A stretch of DNA of 64,000 nucleotides from Arenicellales bacterium (GCA_965116595.1 OZ220708.1:169187-233186), one strand, 5' to 3'. Numbered from the stretch's first letter, positions 41,949 to 53,264 are shown. The notes: generated by a model not told the origin, from the sequence alone. Numbers and translations are program-made.

Positions 41949-43115
41949 TTACGATTGATTTTCCAGCGGCCGCAATATTGATCTGGAAATAATCAATCGC
42001 TGGATTTCGCTGGTTCCCTCCCAGATACGCTCTACCCTGGCATCGCGCCAGATTCGCTCCAGGGGGAGATCCGACATCAGCCCCATGCCGCCAAAAATCT
42101 GTAACGCCTCGTCGGCAATAAACGCCAGTGTTTCTGTCGCTGACAACTTTGCCATAGCCGCGTCCATATCGGTCATTTCATTTTTACAGGCCCGTGCGCC
42201 AGCCTGGTAGGTAATCAGTTCAGCGGCCCTCAACTTCAACGCCATATCTGCAAGTTTAAAGCTGACCCCCTGAAATTTGCCGATAGTCTGATTGAATTGA
42301 GTCCGACTGGCGGCGTGTTCGCAGGCCAGTTCATAAGCACGATCGCAACGGCCCAGACAGATCGCGGCCACTTGCAGCCTGGTATTGCCCAACCAGTCAT
42401 TTGCGACCTCAAACCCCTGGTCGACCTCGCCGAGTACCTGGCTTGCAGGAACGCGGCACTGATCAAACTCAAGAATGCAATTATGGTATCCACGATTGGA
42501 CACGCTCTGGTAACCCGGCCGTATGGTGTAGCCGGAGGCGCCGGTGTCAATGAGAAACGAAGTGATTCTCTTTCTCGGGCCTCGCGGCGTATCATCCACG
42601 CCGGTTGCAGCGAACAGGATTACAAAATCAGACACATCCGCATGACTGATAAAATGCTTGACGCCATTGATGACATAATCATCACCGTCCCGTTCCGCCT
42701 TGCATGACATCGAACGAACATCGGAGCCGGCGCCCGGTTCAGTCATTGCCAGACAATCGATTTTCTCTCCGCGTATGCAGGGATACAGGTATTTTTCTCT
42801 CTGATCACCGACGCAGGCCTGAAGGATATTACTGGGGCGGCCGACGGTATACTGCAATGCGTAACTGGCCCTGCCGAGCTCCCGGTCAAGCATGCACATT
42901 GACAACGGATCAAGCCCTCCCCCTCCAATTTCCTCTGGCATTGCGGCAGCGTATAGTCCCGCCCTGACCGAACGGTCAATGATCTGTTGACGAAGTTCAG
43001 GGCGGACGTCGCCGGATTGTTCAACCTCTTGCTCAAAAGGATACAGCTCCTGCTCGACAAAGCGTTTGGCGGTATCGATCAGCATCAATTGCTCTTCGCT
43101 GTAGTCAAAGTTCAT
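41949..43115 (-). CDS. Acyl-CoA dehydrogenase
   Basis: The 388-aa ORF has the three ACAD domains and the C-terminal motif RIWEGTSEIQRLII. Confidence 0.9.
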   Translation of the reverse strand: MNFDYSEEQLMLIDTAKRFVEQELYPFEQEVEQSGDVRPELRQQIIDRSVRAGLYAAAMPEEIGGGGLDPLSMCMLDRELGRASYALQYTVGRPSNILQACVGDQREKYLYPCIRGEKIDCLAMTEPGAGSDVRSMSCKAERDGDDYVINGVKHFISHADVSDFVILFAATGVDDTPRGPRKRITSFLIDTGASGYTIRPGYQSVSNRGYHNCILEFDQCRVPASQVLGEVDQGFEVANDWLGNTRLQVAAICLGRCDRAYELACEHAASRTQFNQTIGKFQGVSFKLADMALKLRAAELITYQAGARACKNEMTDMDAAMAKLSATETLAFIADEALQIFGGMGLMSDLPLERIWRDARVERIWEGTSEIQRLIISRSILRPLENQS

Positions 43116-43148
43116 TACCGGATTCTCCTGTTGTCTGGTTGGGGGCGT

Positions 43149-43931
43149 TCAATCATCCAGTCCCCAGAAGGTTTCGAGATGACCATCCACGTTCAGTACC
43201 TGGCCGGTTACCGTCCTGGCATTATCCGAGCAGAGAAACAGGGCCATATCAGCAATATCCCGGGCATCGATAAACGTTCTCATCGAGTTGCTCCTGGTAT
43301 ATCTGTCCTTGACTGTCTGCTCACTGATTCCCTTGAGACTGGCTTCAGCCGAGATCACACGATCCATCCGGTCGCCATTTATGCTCCCCGGACAGATAAC
43401 ATTTGCACGTATACCCAGGCCGCCAAGTTCCATCGCAAGCGACTTGGTCAGGCCGATTACCGCCCACTTTGATGCGGAATAAGGCGTTCGCAACGGGTAG
43501 CCGTGCCAGCCCGCGGTCGATGAAATATTGATAATGTTGCCAGCCCGCGCTGCCTTCATGAAGGGGACAACCTGGTTGCAGAACAGGAAGACAGCATCGA
43601 TATTTACAGCAAAACAGCGTTGCCATTGTTCGAACGTAATATCTTCCACAAATTCGGTGGGTCCGGCAATTCCTGCGCAATTCACCATCACATCGACACC
43701 GTGAAAATGTTCGATATGGGTATCAATGACCCGGCAGACATCGGATTCACTGGCAACATCTGCAACCGAGGTTTTGATACCGGGATAATCCGAGGAAAAC
43801 CGTGCAACCGCTTCGGCATCGATATCGACAACATGAACGGCGTCACCGTTTTGATGAAATGAAGAAGCAATGGCATGGCCTATACCGCTTGCCCCTGCGG
43901 TGACAATCACACTTCTGCCTGAATTACTCAT
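43149..43931 (-). CDS. Short-chain dehydrogenase/reductase (SDR)
   Basis: TGASSGIG-type motif (VTAGASGIGHAI), NCAG and catalytic YSASK are present. Confidence 0.9.
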   Translation of the reverse strand: MSNSGRSVIVTAGASGIGHAIASSFHQNGDAVHVVDIDAEAVARFSSDYPGIKTSVADVASESDVCRVIDTHIEHFHGVDVMVNCAGIAGPTEFVEDITFEQWQRCFAVNIDAVFLFCNQVVPFMKAARAGNIINISSTAGWHGYPLRTPYSASKWAVIGLTKSLAMELGGLGIRANVICPGSINGDRMDRVISAEASLKGISEQTVKDRYTRSNSMRTFIDARDIADMALFLCSDNARTVTGQVLNVDGHLETFWGLDD

Positions 43932-45466
43932 AACCTTGCCGCCGGCGAGTCGTCTTCTGTGACCCCGGTCGACTGCGGGCGGTTTATACCAATCGAACGA
44001 CCGGCCGATTCAGGTCTGGGGAGATTCACATGACTTTGGAAAATCAAATCCAGTTTCTCGAGGACATGGGGTTCAGCCGGACAGGCTTTCGAGGCGGTGG
44101 TATCGACATGCAGCAGCATTTGCTCTGCGCTTGCGATCAGTACACCTTCATCGGAGATCATGCCATGATAAAGATGAATTCGCTTTTGATCGACGTCCAG
44201 TAACTGAGTGGTTACATGAAACCGCTGGCCCGATGTTAATTCGCCCTGATTCATCATGTGAGTCTCTACCGTGAAGTAGCTCATTCCCCTGGCATGGTAA
44301 TCTTCACCCACCCCTGTAAATCGAAACAGGGCATCGGATGCATTGCCGAAAGCATACAGATAACTGCTTTCTGTCATATGGTTATTGTAGTCAACCCACT
44401 GTGCCTTGACCGTGTCTGAATACAGCCGTAGAGGTTGCGCCAGATCATGACTTTCGGCCAGGCCGTCCTGGTAAGAGATCTGATAAAGCGACTCTTCATA
44501 GCGGGCCAGTACCCTGCCTGCTGCACTATCGTTCGCTTTCAATGCCTGGAGTATCGCAACGATACAGTCATCCCTTTTCCTCTCAAGCTCAAGAATGCTA
44601 CGGCCTTGAGCCTGGTCATCGGATTGTGCGCATATCCTGTCGAGCAATTCTTCGGTCAGGTCGGGTCCGTCAAATCGGGTCCAGGGCCATTTCAAAGCCG
44701 GGCCGAACTGTGACATGAAATGGCGCATCCCGCCCTCGCCACCGGCAATGCGAAATGTCTGAAAGGAACCCATGAATGCCCAGCGAAGGCCTGGACCATA
44801 AGTGATAGCCTGATCGAGTTCATCGACAGTGGCGACATCCTCATTCAACAGGTGCAACGCTTCACGCCACAAGGCTTCCATCAGGCGGTCGGCGATGAAT
44901 GCCTCGACTTCTTTGCGCACAACCAGGGGATGCATGCCAATACCGGAATAAAACGCACGCGCGGCGTCAACGGCCTGATGAGTGGTCTGATCGCCCCCCA
45001 CTATCTCAACCAGCGGGATCAGGTAGACCGGATTGAACGGGTGACCCACGATAATTCGCTCAGGATGATCCACGCCCTGCTGCATTTCGCTCGGCAGCAG
45101 CCCGGAAGAGGAAGAAGCCACGACTGCATCCGCACCTGCAAAGCGGCAAATTTCACGCATCAACGCCTTTTTTACATCGATTCGCTCGGGTCCGCTCTCC
45201 TGGACGAAGTCGGCATCGGACACGGCCGCCTCAATGCTGTCTACCAATGACAAGCGGCCCCTGGCGTCAATCGGGGCAAGAGTCATTGTACGACAAGCCC
45301 GCAGCGCATTGTCCAGCACGTCATTGATTCGCCTCTCGACCCCTTCTGCAGGATCATACAGATTCACGTCGATTCCATTAATCAATAAGCGGGCAGCCCA
45401 GGCAGAGCCAATTACTCCTCCGCCGATCAGTCCGACCAGTTTGACCTTGCCATCCGGCTTGCTCAT
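43928..45466 (-). CDS. L-carnitine dehydrogenase-like 3-hydroxyacyl-CoA-dehydrogenase-family enzyme fused to a C-terminal hotdog thioesterase domain
   Basis: The N-terminus has the NAD fold GLIGGGVIGSAWAARLL.NG.DV.L.DP. The C-terminal ~150 aa (WVDYNNHMTESSYLYAFGNASDALF...) is 4HBT/YbgC-like. Confidence 0.7.
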   Translation of the reverse strand: MSKPDGKVKLVGLIGGGVIGSAWAARLLINGIDVNLYDPAEGVERRINDVLDNALRACRTMTLAPIDARGRLSLVDSIEAAVSDADFVQESGPERIDVKKALMREICRFAGADAVVASSSSGLLPSEMQQGVDHPERIIVGHPFNPVYLIPLVEIVGGDQTTHQAVDAARAFYSGIGMHPLVVRKEVEAFIADRLMEALWREALHLLNEDVATVDELDQAITYGPGLRWAFMGSFQTFRIAGGEGGMRHFMSQFGPALKWPWTRFDGPDLTEELLDRICAQSDDQAQGRSILELERKRDDCIVAILQALKANDSAAGRVLARYEESLYQISYQDGLAESHDLAQPLRLYSDTVKAQWVDYNNHMTESSYLYAFGNASDALFRFTGVGEDYHARGMSYFTVETHMMNQGELTSGQRFHVTTQLLDVDQKRIHLYHGMISDEGVLIASAEQMLLHVDTTASKACPAEPHVLEKLDLIFQSHVNLPRPESAGRSIGINRPQSTGVTEDDSPAARL

Positions 45467-45472
45467 TGATGA

Positions 45473-46381
45473 TTACCCTCTTTTGAGCAGTTTGAGGTTA
45501 TTCCTGACTTCATCCGGGCCCAGGATATTGACATTCATCGCATCCAGAATGGTGACCGCTCTTTCGACCAGTTGAGCATTGGAGGCCAGTACGCCTTTTT
45601 CCAGATAAAGATTATCCTCCAGTCCGACCCGGACATTGCCGCCGGCCAGCACCGCCATTGCCACATAAGGCAGTTCCTTCCTGCCGATCGAAAAGGCCGA
45701 GAAAGTGGCTCCTTCGGGCAGGGCATGAACCATCGACATCAAGGTGGTCGGATCATCAGGCGCGCCGTACGGAATACCCATGCATAATTGAATCATGACC
45801 GGATCATCGATCAGGCCTTCCCGTATCATTTCCCTGGCCAACACCAGGTGGCCGGTATCAAAGACCTCCAGTTCCGGTCTGACCCCGAGTTCCTGCACCC
45901 TTTTGGCCATGGTTCTCAACATCCCCGGGGTATTGGTCATGACATAGTCGCTTTCTGCAAAATTCATCGTACCGCAGTCCAGTGTGCAGATTTCCGGCAG
46001 GCATTGTTCAACATGAGCCAACCGTTCCAGGGGGCCCGCCATATCGGTGCCATCCTGTAACGGCAATGGATTTTCACCTTTGCCGAAAACCATGTCGCCG
46101 CCCATTCCTGCAGTGGTATTGATGACGACATCGGTGTCACTGTCCCTGATCCGTGCTACTGCTTCCGCGAAATATTCAGGTTTTCTCGATGGCGCGCCGG
46201 TTTCCGGGTCCCTGACGTGAATGTGGACAATCGCCGCCCCCGCCCTGGCCGCATCGATAGCCGCGTTCGCTATCTGTTCAGGCGTCTTGGGAATATCGGG
46301 ATGTTTGCCCACCGTGTTACCGGCTCCGGTAACCGCGCAAGTGATAAAAGCGTTAAAGTTCAAGACAAGGCCCTCAAGCAA
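45473..46381 (-). CDS. BKACE-family (3-keto-5-aminohexanoate cleavage, DUF849) enzyme
   Basis: 302-aa TIM-barrel ORF with an N-terminus (ITCAVTGAG...P.IP.TPEQIA..A..A..AGA.IVH.HVRD) typical of BKACE/dehydrocarnitine cleavage enzymes. Confidence 0.85.
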   Translation of the reverse strand: MLEGLVLNFNAFITCAVTGAGNTVGKHPDIPKTPEQIANAAIDAARAGAAIVHIHVRDPETGAPSRKPEYFAEAVARIRDSDTDVVINTTAGMGGDMVFGKGENPLPLQDGTDMAGPLERLAHVEQCLPEICTLDCGTMNFAESDYVMTNTPGMLRTMAKRVQELGVRPELEVFDTGHLVLAREMIREGLIDDPVMIQLCMGIPYGAPDDPTTLMSMVHALPEGATFSAFSIGRKELPYVAMAVLAGGNVRVGLEDNLYLEKGVLASNAQLVERAVTILDAMNVNILGPDEVRNNLKLLKRG

Positions 46382-46499
46382 AATGGATAAGGCAAAAATT
46401 TTCCACCTTTAGTATCGGACTTGCAAGGATTATTATAAACATGCCCCCGAACAGGCCTCTGATATAATGGCCGGAACACGAACATAAAGGAATATAAAA

Positions 46500-46982
46500 A
46501 TGCCGACCAGTGCGATACCCGCTACGAACGAAATCCACATCCGCAAAGCCACGCAAACTGATGCAGAGCGGATTGCCGACTTTAATCGGAAAATGGCATT
46601 GGAGACCGAAGGGATAAAATTGAATCCGGAGGTCATTCTGGCGGGCACATGCCGAATGATTCAGGATCAGAATCGTGGATTTTATCTGGTCGCCGAATCC
46701 GAACAGGAAATAGTCGCATCTTTAATGATTACCACCGAGTGGAGTGACTGGCGAAACGGAGTCTTCTGGTGGATACAGAGTGTTTACGTGATGCCGCGTT
46801 GGCGACGAAAGGGAATCTACCGCCGCCTGTATGAAGAAGTGAAGGAGCTTGCCGAAGCGAACCCGGACGTCTGCGGCTATCGCCTGTATGTGGAGAGAGA
46901 AAACACCGCAGCCCAATCAACCTACCGCAGTGTCGGCATGGAGGAGACCCATTACAGGATGTACGAAGAACTGAAAGAGTAA
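46500..46982 (+). CDS. GNAT-family N-acetyltransferase
   Basis: 160-aa ORF with the motif-A-like sequence VYVMPRWRRKGIYRRLY. Confidence 0.8.
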   Translation: MPTSAIPATNEIHIRKATQTDAERIADFNRKMALETEGIKLNPEVILAGTCRMIQDQNRGFYLVAESEQEIVASLMITTEWSDWRNGVFWWIQSVYVMPRWRRKGIYRRLYEEVKELAEANPDVCGYRLYVERENTAAQSTYRSVGMEETHYRMYEELKE

Positions 46983-47014
46983 TCACCCGAACCCTGCGTA
47001 GGGGCGGGTCCCTG

Positions 47015-47345
47015 TGCCCGCCCACCGTGGCTGTCCGGGGCATCCCCCGACCCTCATTTCGTCATTCCCGCGGAAGCGGGAATCCACATTGCGATCATCA
47101 ACCGCATTCGTAACGGCATCCCCCGTGCCCGCCCACCGTGGCTGTCCGGGGCATCCCCCGACCCTCATTTCGTCATTCCCGCGGAAGCGGGAATCCACAT
47201 TGCGATCATCAACCGCATTCGTAACGGCATCCCCCGTGCCCGCCCACCGTGGCTGTCCGGGGCATCCCCCGACCCTCATTTCGTCATTCCCGCGGAAGCG
47301 GGAATCCACATTGCGATCATCAACCGCATTCGTAACGGCATCCCC
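47015..47345. repeat. Tandem array of three ~110-bp units, each built from a family-B and a family-C palindrome
   Basis: gtgcccgcccaccgtggctgtccggggcatcccccgaccctcatttcgtcattcccgcggaagcgggaatccacattgcgatcatcaaccgcattcgtaacggcatccccc recurs, with unit starts at 47015, 47125 and 47236. Confidence 0.9.
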
Positions 47346-47400
47346 CGTGGCTGTCCGCACCGGTGGGGGCGCCGGGTGATAATCCCGATCAGATTCCGGT

Positions 47401-48540
47401 TTATTGCTGTGCCTGATCGCAAACCCGCTCCCAGCTCCGTGTCACCACTTCAACCCGTCGCCGTTCCCCCGAGTCAAGTTCCACAAACAGTATATTTCCC
47501 GGAGTGCTGAACTCGATCTTGACTTTTGCGAAGGCAATATTTGATCCGAATTTTCTCGAATACGCCAGGCTGGTCACTATTCCCACCGGGTTATCGCCAC
47601 TGTCGAACAAATCCCAGGTATGGCGCGGCGACAACAACGCATCACCACTGACATGGATATATACCAGGGCATTTTTTATACCCTCTTGCAAAATCCTGCC
47701 AAGCGCCTTTGTGGACAGGCATTCTGCTTCCTTCTCTTCATTGAAAAAGCGATCAAGCCCGATTTCATATGGATTGTCCTGCAAGGTCATGTCACTGCCA
47801 TAAGACAACAGACCCCGTTCTATCCGATCGATCAGGTTGGGGCTGCCGGCACGAATATTGTACTTTTGCCCAACCTCCCAAATAGCATCCCACAGCGCCG
47901 GACCCTTTTTGGAATCCTCGAGATAAATCTCGTACCCTCCCTGCCCACTCCAGCCGGACCTTGCTGTGATCAGGTCCATACCGGCGATATTTGCCCTGAA
48001 ATACCAGAAAAACTTCAAATCCCTGATTTCTTCACCCACTATTTCAGCCATCAGATCAACGGCCTTCGGACCCTGGATCGCCAAAGGACTGACATCGGGA
48101 CTGTACACGGATACATCCAGGTTTCGACCACTGGCAAGACCCTTTAGCCATAACAAAACACCGGAGTCTGAAATCGACAACCGGTAACGGTCTTCGGCAA
48201 GTTTGATCAACAGAGGATCATTCACGATTCCGCCGTGTTCATCCACCAGAATCGTGTACATGCACTGTCCAATCCGGCATTTGGATATATCTCTCGGAGT
48301 GACCAGTTCGACCAGTTTCAGGGCATCGGGTCCGACCACTTCAACCTGACGCTCACACGACACGTCCCAGATCTGGACATATTCGCACAGATGTTCGTAA
48401 TCTTCCTGGGGGGACCTGAAAACAGACGCAAGCGGCATATGATTGTAAACGGTAAACATTCGAGCCCCATGTTCGAACACCCGATCCTCAAAGGGGGTCT
48501 TGCCAATTCGACGAGACAATACCAGTTGCGATATCTTCAT
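47401..48540 (-). CDS. GcvT-family aminomethyltransferase/demethylase (DmdA-like)
   Basis: The 379-aa ORF has the folate-dependent aminomethyltransferase fold. The N-terminal region TPFEDRV...FTVYNHMPLASVF.S..EDYEHL.E.VQIWDVSCERQVEV.GPDA resembles my recollection of DMSP demethylase-type members. Confidence 0.7.
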   Translation of the reverse strand: MKISQLVLSRRIGKTPFEDRVFEHGARMFTVYNHMPLASVFRSPQEDYEHLCEYVQIWDVSCERQVEVVGPDALKLVELVTPRDISKCRIGQCMYTILVDEHGGIVNDPLLIKLAEDRYRLSISDSGVLLWLKGLASGRNLDVSVYSPDVSPLAIQGPKAVDLMAEIVGEEIRDLKFFWYFRANIAGMDLITARSGWSGQGGYEIYLEDSKKGPALWDAIWEVGQKYNIRAGSPNLIDRIERGLLSYGSDMTLQDNPYEIGLDRFFNEEKEAECLSTKALGRILQEGIKNALVYIHVSGDALLSPRHTWDLFDSGDNPVGIVTSLAYSRKFGSNIAFAKVKIEFSTPGNILFVELDSGERRRVEVVTRSWERVCDQAQQ

Positions 48541-48660
48541 AAGAATCAGAATTGTTAAACGATAGCCAGAATCGGCGGGAATTATGCACTTAAAATATTG
48601 ATTATGGAAATCAAATTGCCTTATCGTCCCGGTTTAAAGTATATTAATCCGGCTGTCGGC

Positions 48661-48711
48661 GGGGGGAGTCACAGAGGCCGAGCCATCAGGCGACGGCTGA
48701 TGCGTGGGGGG
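48661..48711. repeat. Family A repeat, partial copy (lacks left palindrome arm)
   Basis: ggggggagtcacagaggccgagccatcaggcgacggctgatgcgtggggggg lies upstream of the acyl-CoA synthetase gene. It is what inflates the track ORF start to 48598. Confidence 0.8.
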
Positions 48712-48753
48712 GATTGCGCTGACAGAGCCGGCACAAACAGTATCAAATATCAA

Positions 48754-50394
48754 ATGAAAGAAAATTACGATATCCTGGACCAGGTAAAAGGTCTCAACTA
48801 TGTGGAACTCACCCCGATTTCGTTCCTGCAGCGCGCGAGCGAAGTCTATGCAGACCATCCGGGAATTATTTACGGCAACCGGAATTCAACCTGGAAAGAA
48901 GTATCGAAGCGATGTCGCAGGCTGGCTGATGGACTTAATAAACTGGGGGTAAAACAGGGCGACACCGTGTCCATAATGGCCGCGAATACCCCGGAACTGG
49001 CAGAAGCCCATTTCGGTGTTCCGATGTCGGGAGGGGTGCTGAATTCGATCAATACCCGGCTTGATGCGGATACTGTTTCCTATATTCTCGCACACGGCGA
49101 TGCCCGGGTTCTGATCACCGACACCCATTTCTCCGATGTAGTTTCAAAGGCCTTGTCGACACTGGACAGCCCGCCTGTGGTAATTGATATTGTCGACAGC
49201 CAGGCGCCGGCCCCACAGGCAGGCGGCCAACGCCTCGGCAACATGACATACGAGGAATTACTCGCTCAAGGAGACGAAAACAGCGACTGGGGCATGCCTG
49301 ATTCTGAATGGGACGCACTGACGCTGAACTACACTTCGGGCACCAGTGGGCGGCCCAAGGGCGTGGTCTATCATCATCGCGGCTCCTATCTGATGTCGAT
49401 GGGTACAGTCGCAGCCTGGCAGATCCCGAAATTTGCCAGATATCTGTATACCGTCCCGATGTTCCATTGCAATGGCTGGGGGCATGTCTGGAGCATGGCC
49501 CTGATGGGTGCGACATTGATCTGCAATCGGGTAGTCAGCGCCGAAAACATATTCGCGGCACTGCGGGATCATCAGATTACCCATTTCGGCGCGGCGCCGA
49601 TTGTCCTCTCCATGCTGGCTAATGCGCCGGACGTGATCAAGTACATCCCTGACCATACCGTCCAGGTGATGACCGCGGGCGCCCCGCCGCCGAGCAAGGT
49701 GCTGGAGAAAACCCAGCAGCTTGGATTGAATGTGATCCATGTATACGGCCTGACCGAAACATACGGCCACGTTGTCTTCTGTGACTGGAGGGCACAATGG
49801 TCAGATCTGACTATTGAAGAACAGGCTGAAATCAAATCACGACAGGGTGTTCGGTTCCCGATGATGCAGGCAGCCAGGGTCATTGACGTCAATTCCGGTG
49901 AAATGGTGCCGGCTGACGGACAGACAATCGGAGAAATCGTCCTGCGGGGCAATCCGATCATGAAAGGTTACTACAAAAGCCCCGAGGCCACTGCCGAAGC
50001 GTTCAGTGATGGCTGGTTCCATAGCGGCGACCTCGCGGTAGTGCATCCGGATGGTTATCTGGAAGTCAAGGACAGACTGAAGGACATCATCATATCGGGC
50101 GGGGAGAATATTTCCTCCATTGAAGTCGAATCAGCGCTTTACAAATTTCCGAAAGTTGCCGCTGCCGCGGTAGTCGCAAAGCCGGATGAGAAATGGGGGG
50201 AGACCCCCTGCGCGTTTGTCGAACTGAAACCCGGCGAAGAATCCACCGAAGAAGAAATCATCGCATTTTGCAAACAGAACATAGCCGGCTACAAACGCCC
50301 GAAGCACATCGTATTCCTTGAATTACCGAAAACCTCCACCGGCAAAATCCAGAAATTCAAACTGCGTGAAATGGTAACCAACGGCGAAGTGTAA
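48754..50394 (+). CDS. AMP-dependent acyl-CoA synthetase/ligase
   Basis: The start was set at ATG 48754 (MKENYDIL). AMP-binding motifs YTSGTSGRPKGV, YGLTET, GD and GKIQK are present. Confidence 0.9.
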   Translation: MKENYDILDQVKGLNYVELTPISFLQRASEVYADHPGIIYGNRNSTWKEVSKRCRRLADGLNKLGVKQGDTVSIMAANTPELAEAHFGVPMSGGVLNSINTRLDADTVSYILAHGDARVLITDTHFSDVVSKALSTLDSPPVVIDIVDSQAPAPQAGGQRLGNMTYEELLAQGDENSDWGMPDSEWDALTLNYTSGTSGRPKGVVYHHRGSYLMSMGTVAAWQIPKFARYLYTVPMFHCNGWGHVWSMALMGATLICNRVVSAENIFAALRDHQITHFGAAPIVLSMLANAPDVIKYIPDHTVQVMTAGAPPPSKVLEKTQQLGLNVIHVYGLTETYGHVVFCDWRAQWSDLTIEEQAEIKSRQGVRFPMMQAARVIDVNSGEMVPADGQTIGEIVLRGNPIMKGYYKSPEATAEAFSDGWFHSGDLAVVHPDGYLEVKDRLKDIIISGGENISSIEVESALYKFPKVAAAAVVAKPDEKWGETPCAFVELKPGEESTEEEIIAFCKQNIAGYKRPKHIVFLELPKTSTGKIQKFKLREMVTNGEV

Positions 50395-50412
50395 TCGTAT
50401 TAAAGGCAGCCC

Positions 50413-51005
50413 GTGGCACAAGCACAAAAAACCAACCACTCCCCCCTTGAGGGGGAGTCACAACCCGCCGAGCCGCCAGGCGATAGCGGGTGTGGTGGGG
50501 GGACCAACCGCCGAAGCCCGCCGGAGAGCCAGTGGGGGAAAATCAAACAATCCTATTCAGAAAAAACCCTGAACCGGGCAAAATCCCTGCGCCAGAACCA
50601 AACCGACGCAGAAGGTCTACTCTGGCACTATCTTCGCAACAAACAACTGGACGGCTACAAATTCCGTCGTCAACAACCCATTGGCCCGTACATTGTCGAT
50701 TTCGCCAGCTTGCCCGAAAAGTTGCTTATCGAACTGGACGGCGGCCAACACGCTGAACATGAAGACTACGATGAGCGGCGAGACCGATTCCTGAAAAGCA
50801 AGGGATACAGGGTACTGCGCTTCTGGAATAACGAAGTTTTCGAAAACTGCTTCGATGTGCTGGAGAATATATACCAGGCTTTAACATCCACCATTGACTC
50901 CCCCCATGAAGGAGAGCCGACTCAAACAACGCATCACTCCCCCTTGAGGGGGAGTCGGCAAAACAAGGGCGCTAGCCCGCAGGTGCGCCGGTGGGGGGAA
51001 ACGAG

Positions 51006-51009
<4 letters not shown>
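50413..51009 (+). CDS. DUF559 (Vsr/restriction-endonuclease-like) domain protein, copy 1, read through flanking palindromic repeats
   Basis: The core [74 protein letters not shown] is the DUF559 signature. The only in-frame start is GTG 50413. The stop TGA at 51007-51009 overlaps the hsdM ATG at 51006 (ATGA). Confidence 0.8.
50437..50502. repeat. Family A repeat (left flank of DUF559 copy 1)
   Basis: cactccccccttgagggggagtcacaacccgccgagccgccaggcgatagcgggtgtggtgggggg. Confidence 0.85.
50935..50998. repeat. Family A repeat variant (right flank of DUF559 copy 1)
   Basis: cactcccccttgagggggagtcggcaaaacaagggcgctagcccgcaggtgcgccggtgggggg. Confidence 0.75.
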
Positions 51010-52588
<1,579 letters not shown>

Positions 52589-52592
<4 letters not shown>

Positions 52593-52834
52593 CGGTACAC
52601 CAACTGATTCGGCTACTCAAGAACCACCCAGCCGACATGCGAGTCGTCGTCAACGGCTATGAGGAAGGTTACGATGATCTGTCTCCAGAACAGATTTCTG
52701 TTACATCTATCCGCCTGAACACCGGCAGAAGGGACTGGGAAGGATGCCACGGAGATATTGGCGACAAACCGAGTGACCGGATAGACAATTCACCTGTAGT
52801 CGAGGCTCTGATCTTGCGCCGCACATCGAATTGA
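52589..52834 (+). CDS. Hypothetical small protein (81 aa)
   Basis: ATG 52589 overlaps the hsdM stop (ATGA). The stop is 2 nt before the next ORF's ATG. I recognise no motif ([31 protein letters not shown]...). Confidence 0.5.
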
Positions 52835-52836
52835 CA

Positions 52837-53264
52837 ATGATGGACAATAACAACAACATGATTGACTACGACAAGTTCCAATTATCGCTGAAGCGTCTTG
52901 AGGAGCAATACGAAAACCACCGGACACTGGACCCGAACCTGCCGGAACTGATTCGTGAAGGGGTCTCCGAATCCGTCATCCAGAGATTCGAGACCTGCTA
53001 CGACTGCCTGTGGAAAGTATTGAAGCGATATCTGGTTGAGGGGCTTGGAGTCGTGGATGCGCCAAACAGCCCGAAACCGATTTTCAGGCTTGCAAGTGAA
53101 AATCATCTTTTCGCTTCGCCGATTGTGCAATGGCTGCAATACGCCGAGCTGCGTATCGGCACGGCGCATGACTATGACGGTGAAAAAGCGAAAGCCTGCC
53201 TGGCGCTGATGAATGATTTTATCGACGATGCAATCGGCCTGTACCAGACCATGAGCGGAAAGAC

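Noticed and set aside
47015-47345. A regularly spaced repeat array that superficially resembles a CRISPR array
   Set aside because: The whole ~110-bp unit, including what would be the spacers, is repeated nearly identically. The units are made of known REP-type palindromes, and no cas genes or leader are present. I call it a tandem REP/BIME-like array.
50490-50756. Alternative-frame ORF starting MWWGDQPP inside the DUF559 copy 1 region, mirroring the in-frame ATG seen in copy 2
   Set aside because: In copy 1 this start is out of frame with the DUF559 core (a 1-nt indel relative to copy 2) and yields a low-complexity product. The frame from 50413 is the one carrying the domain.
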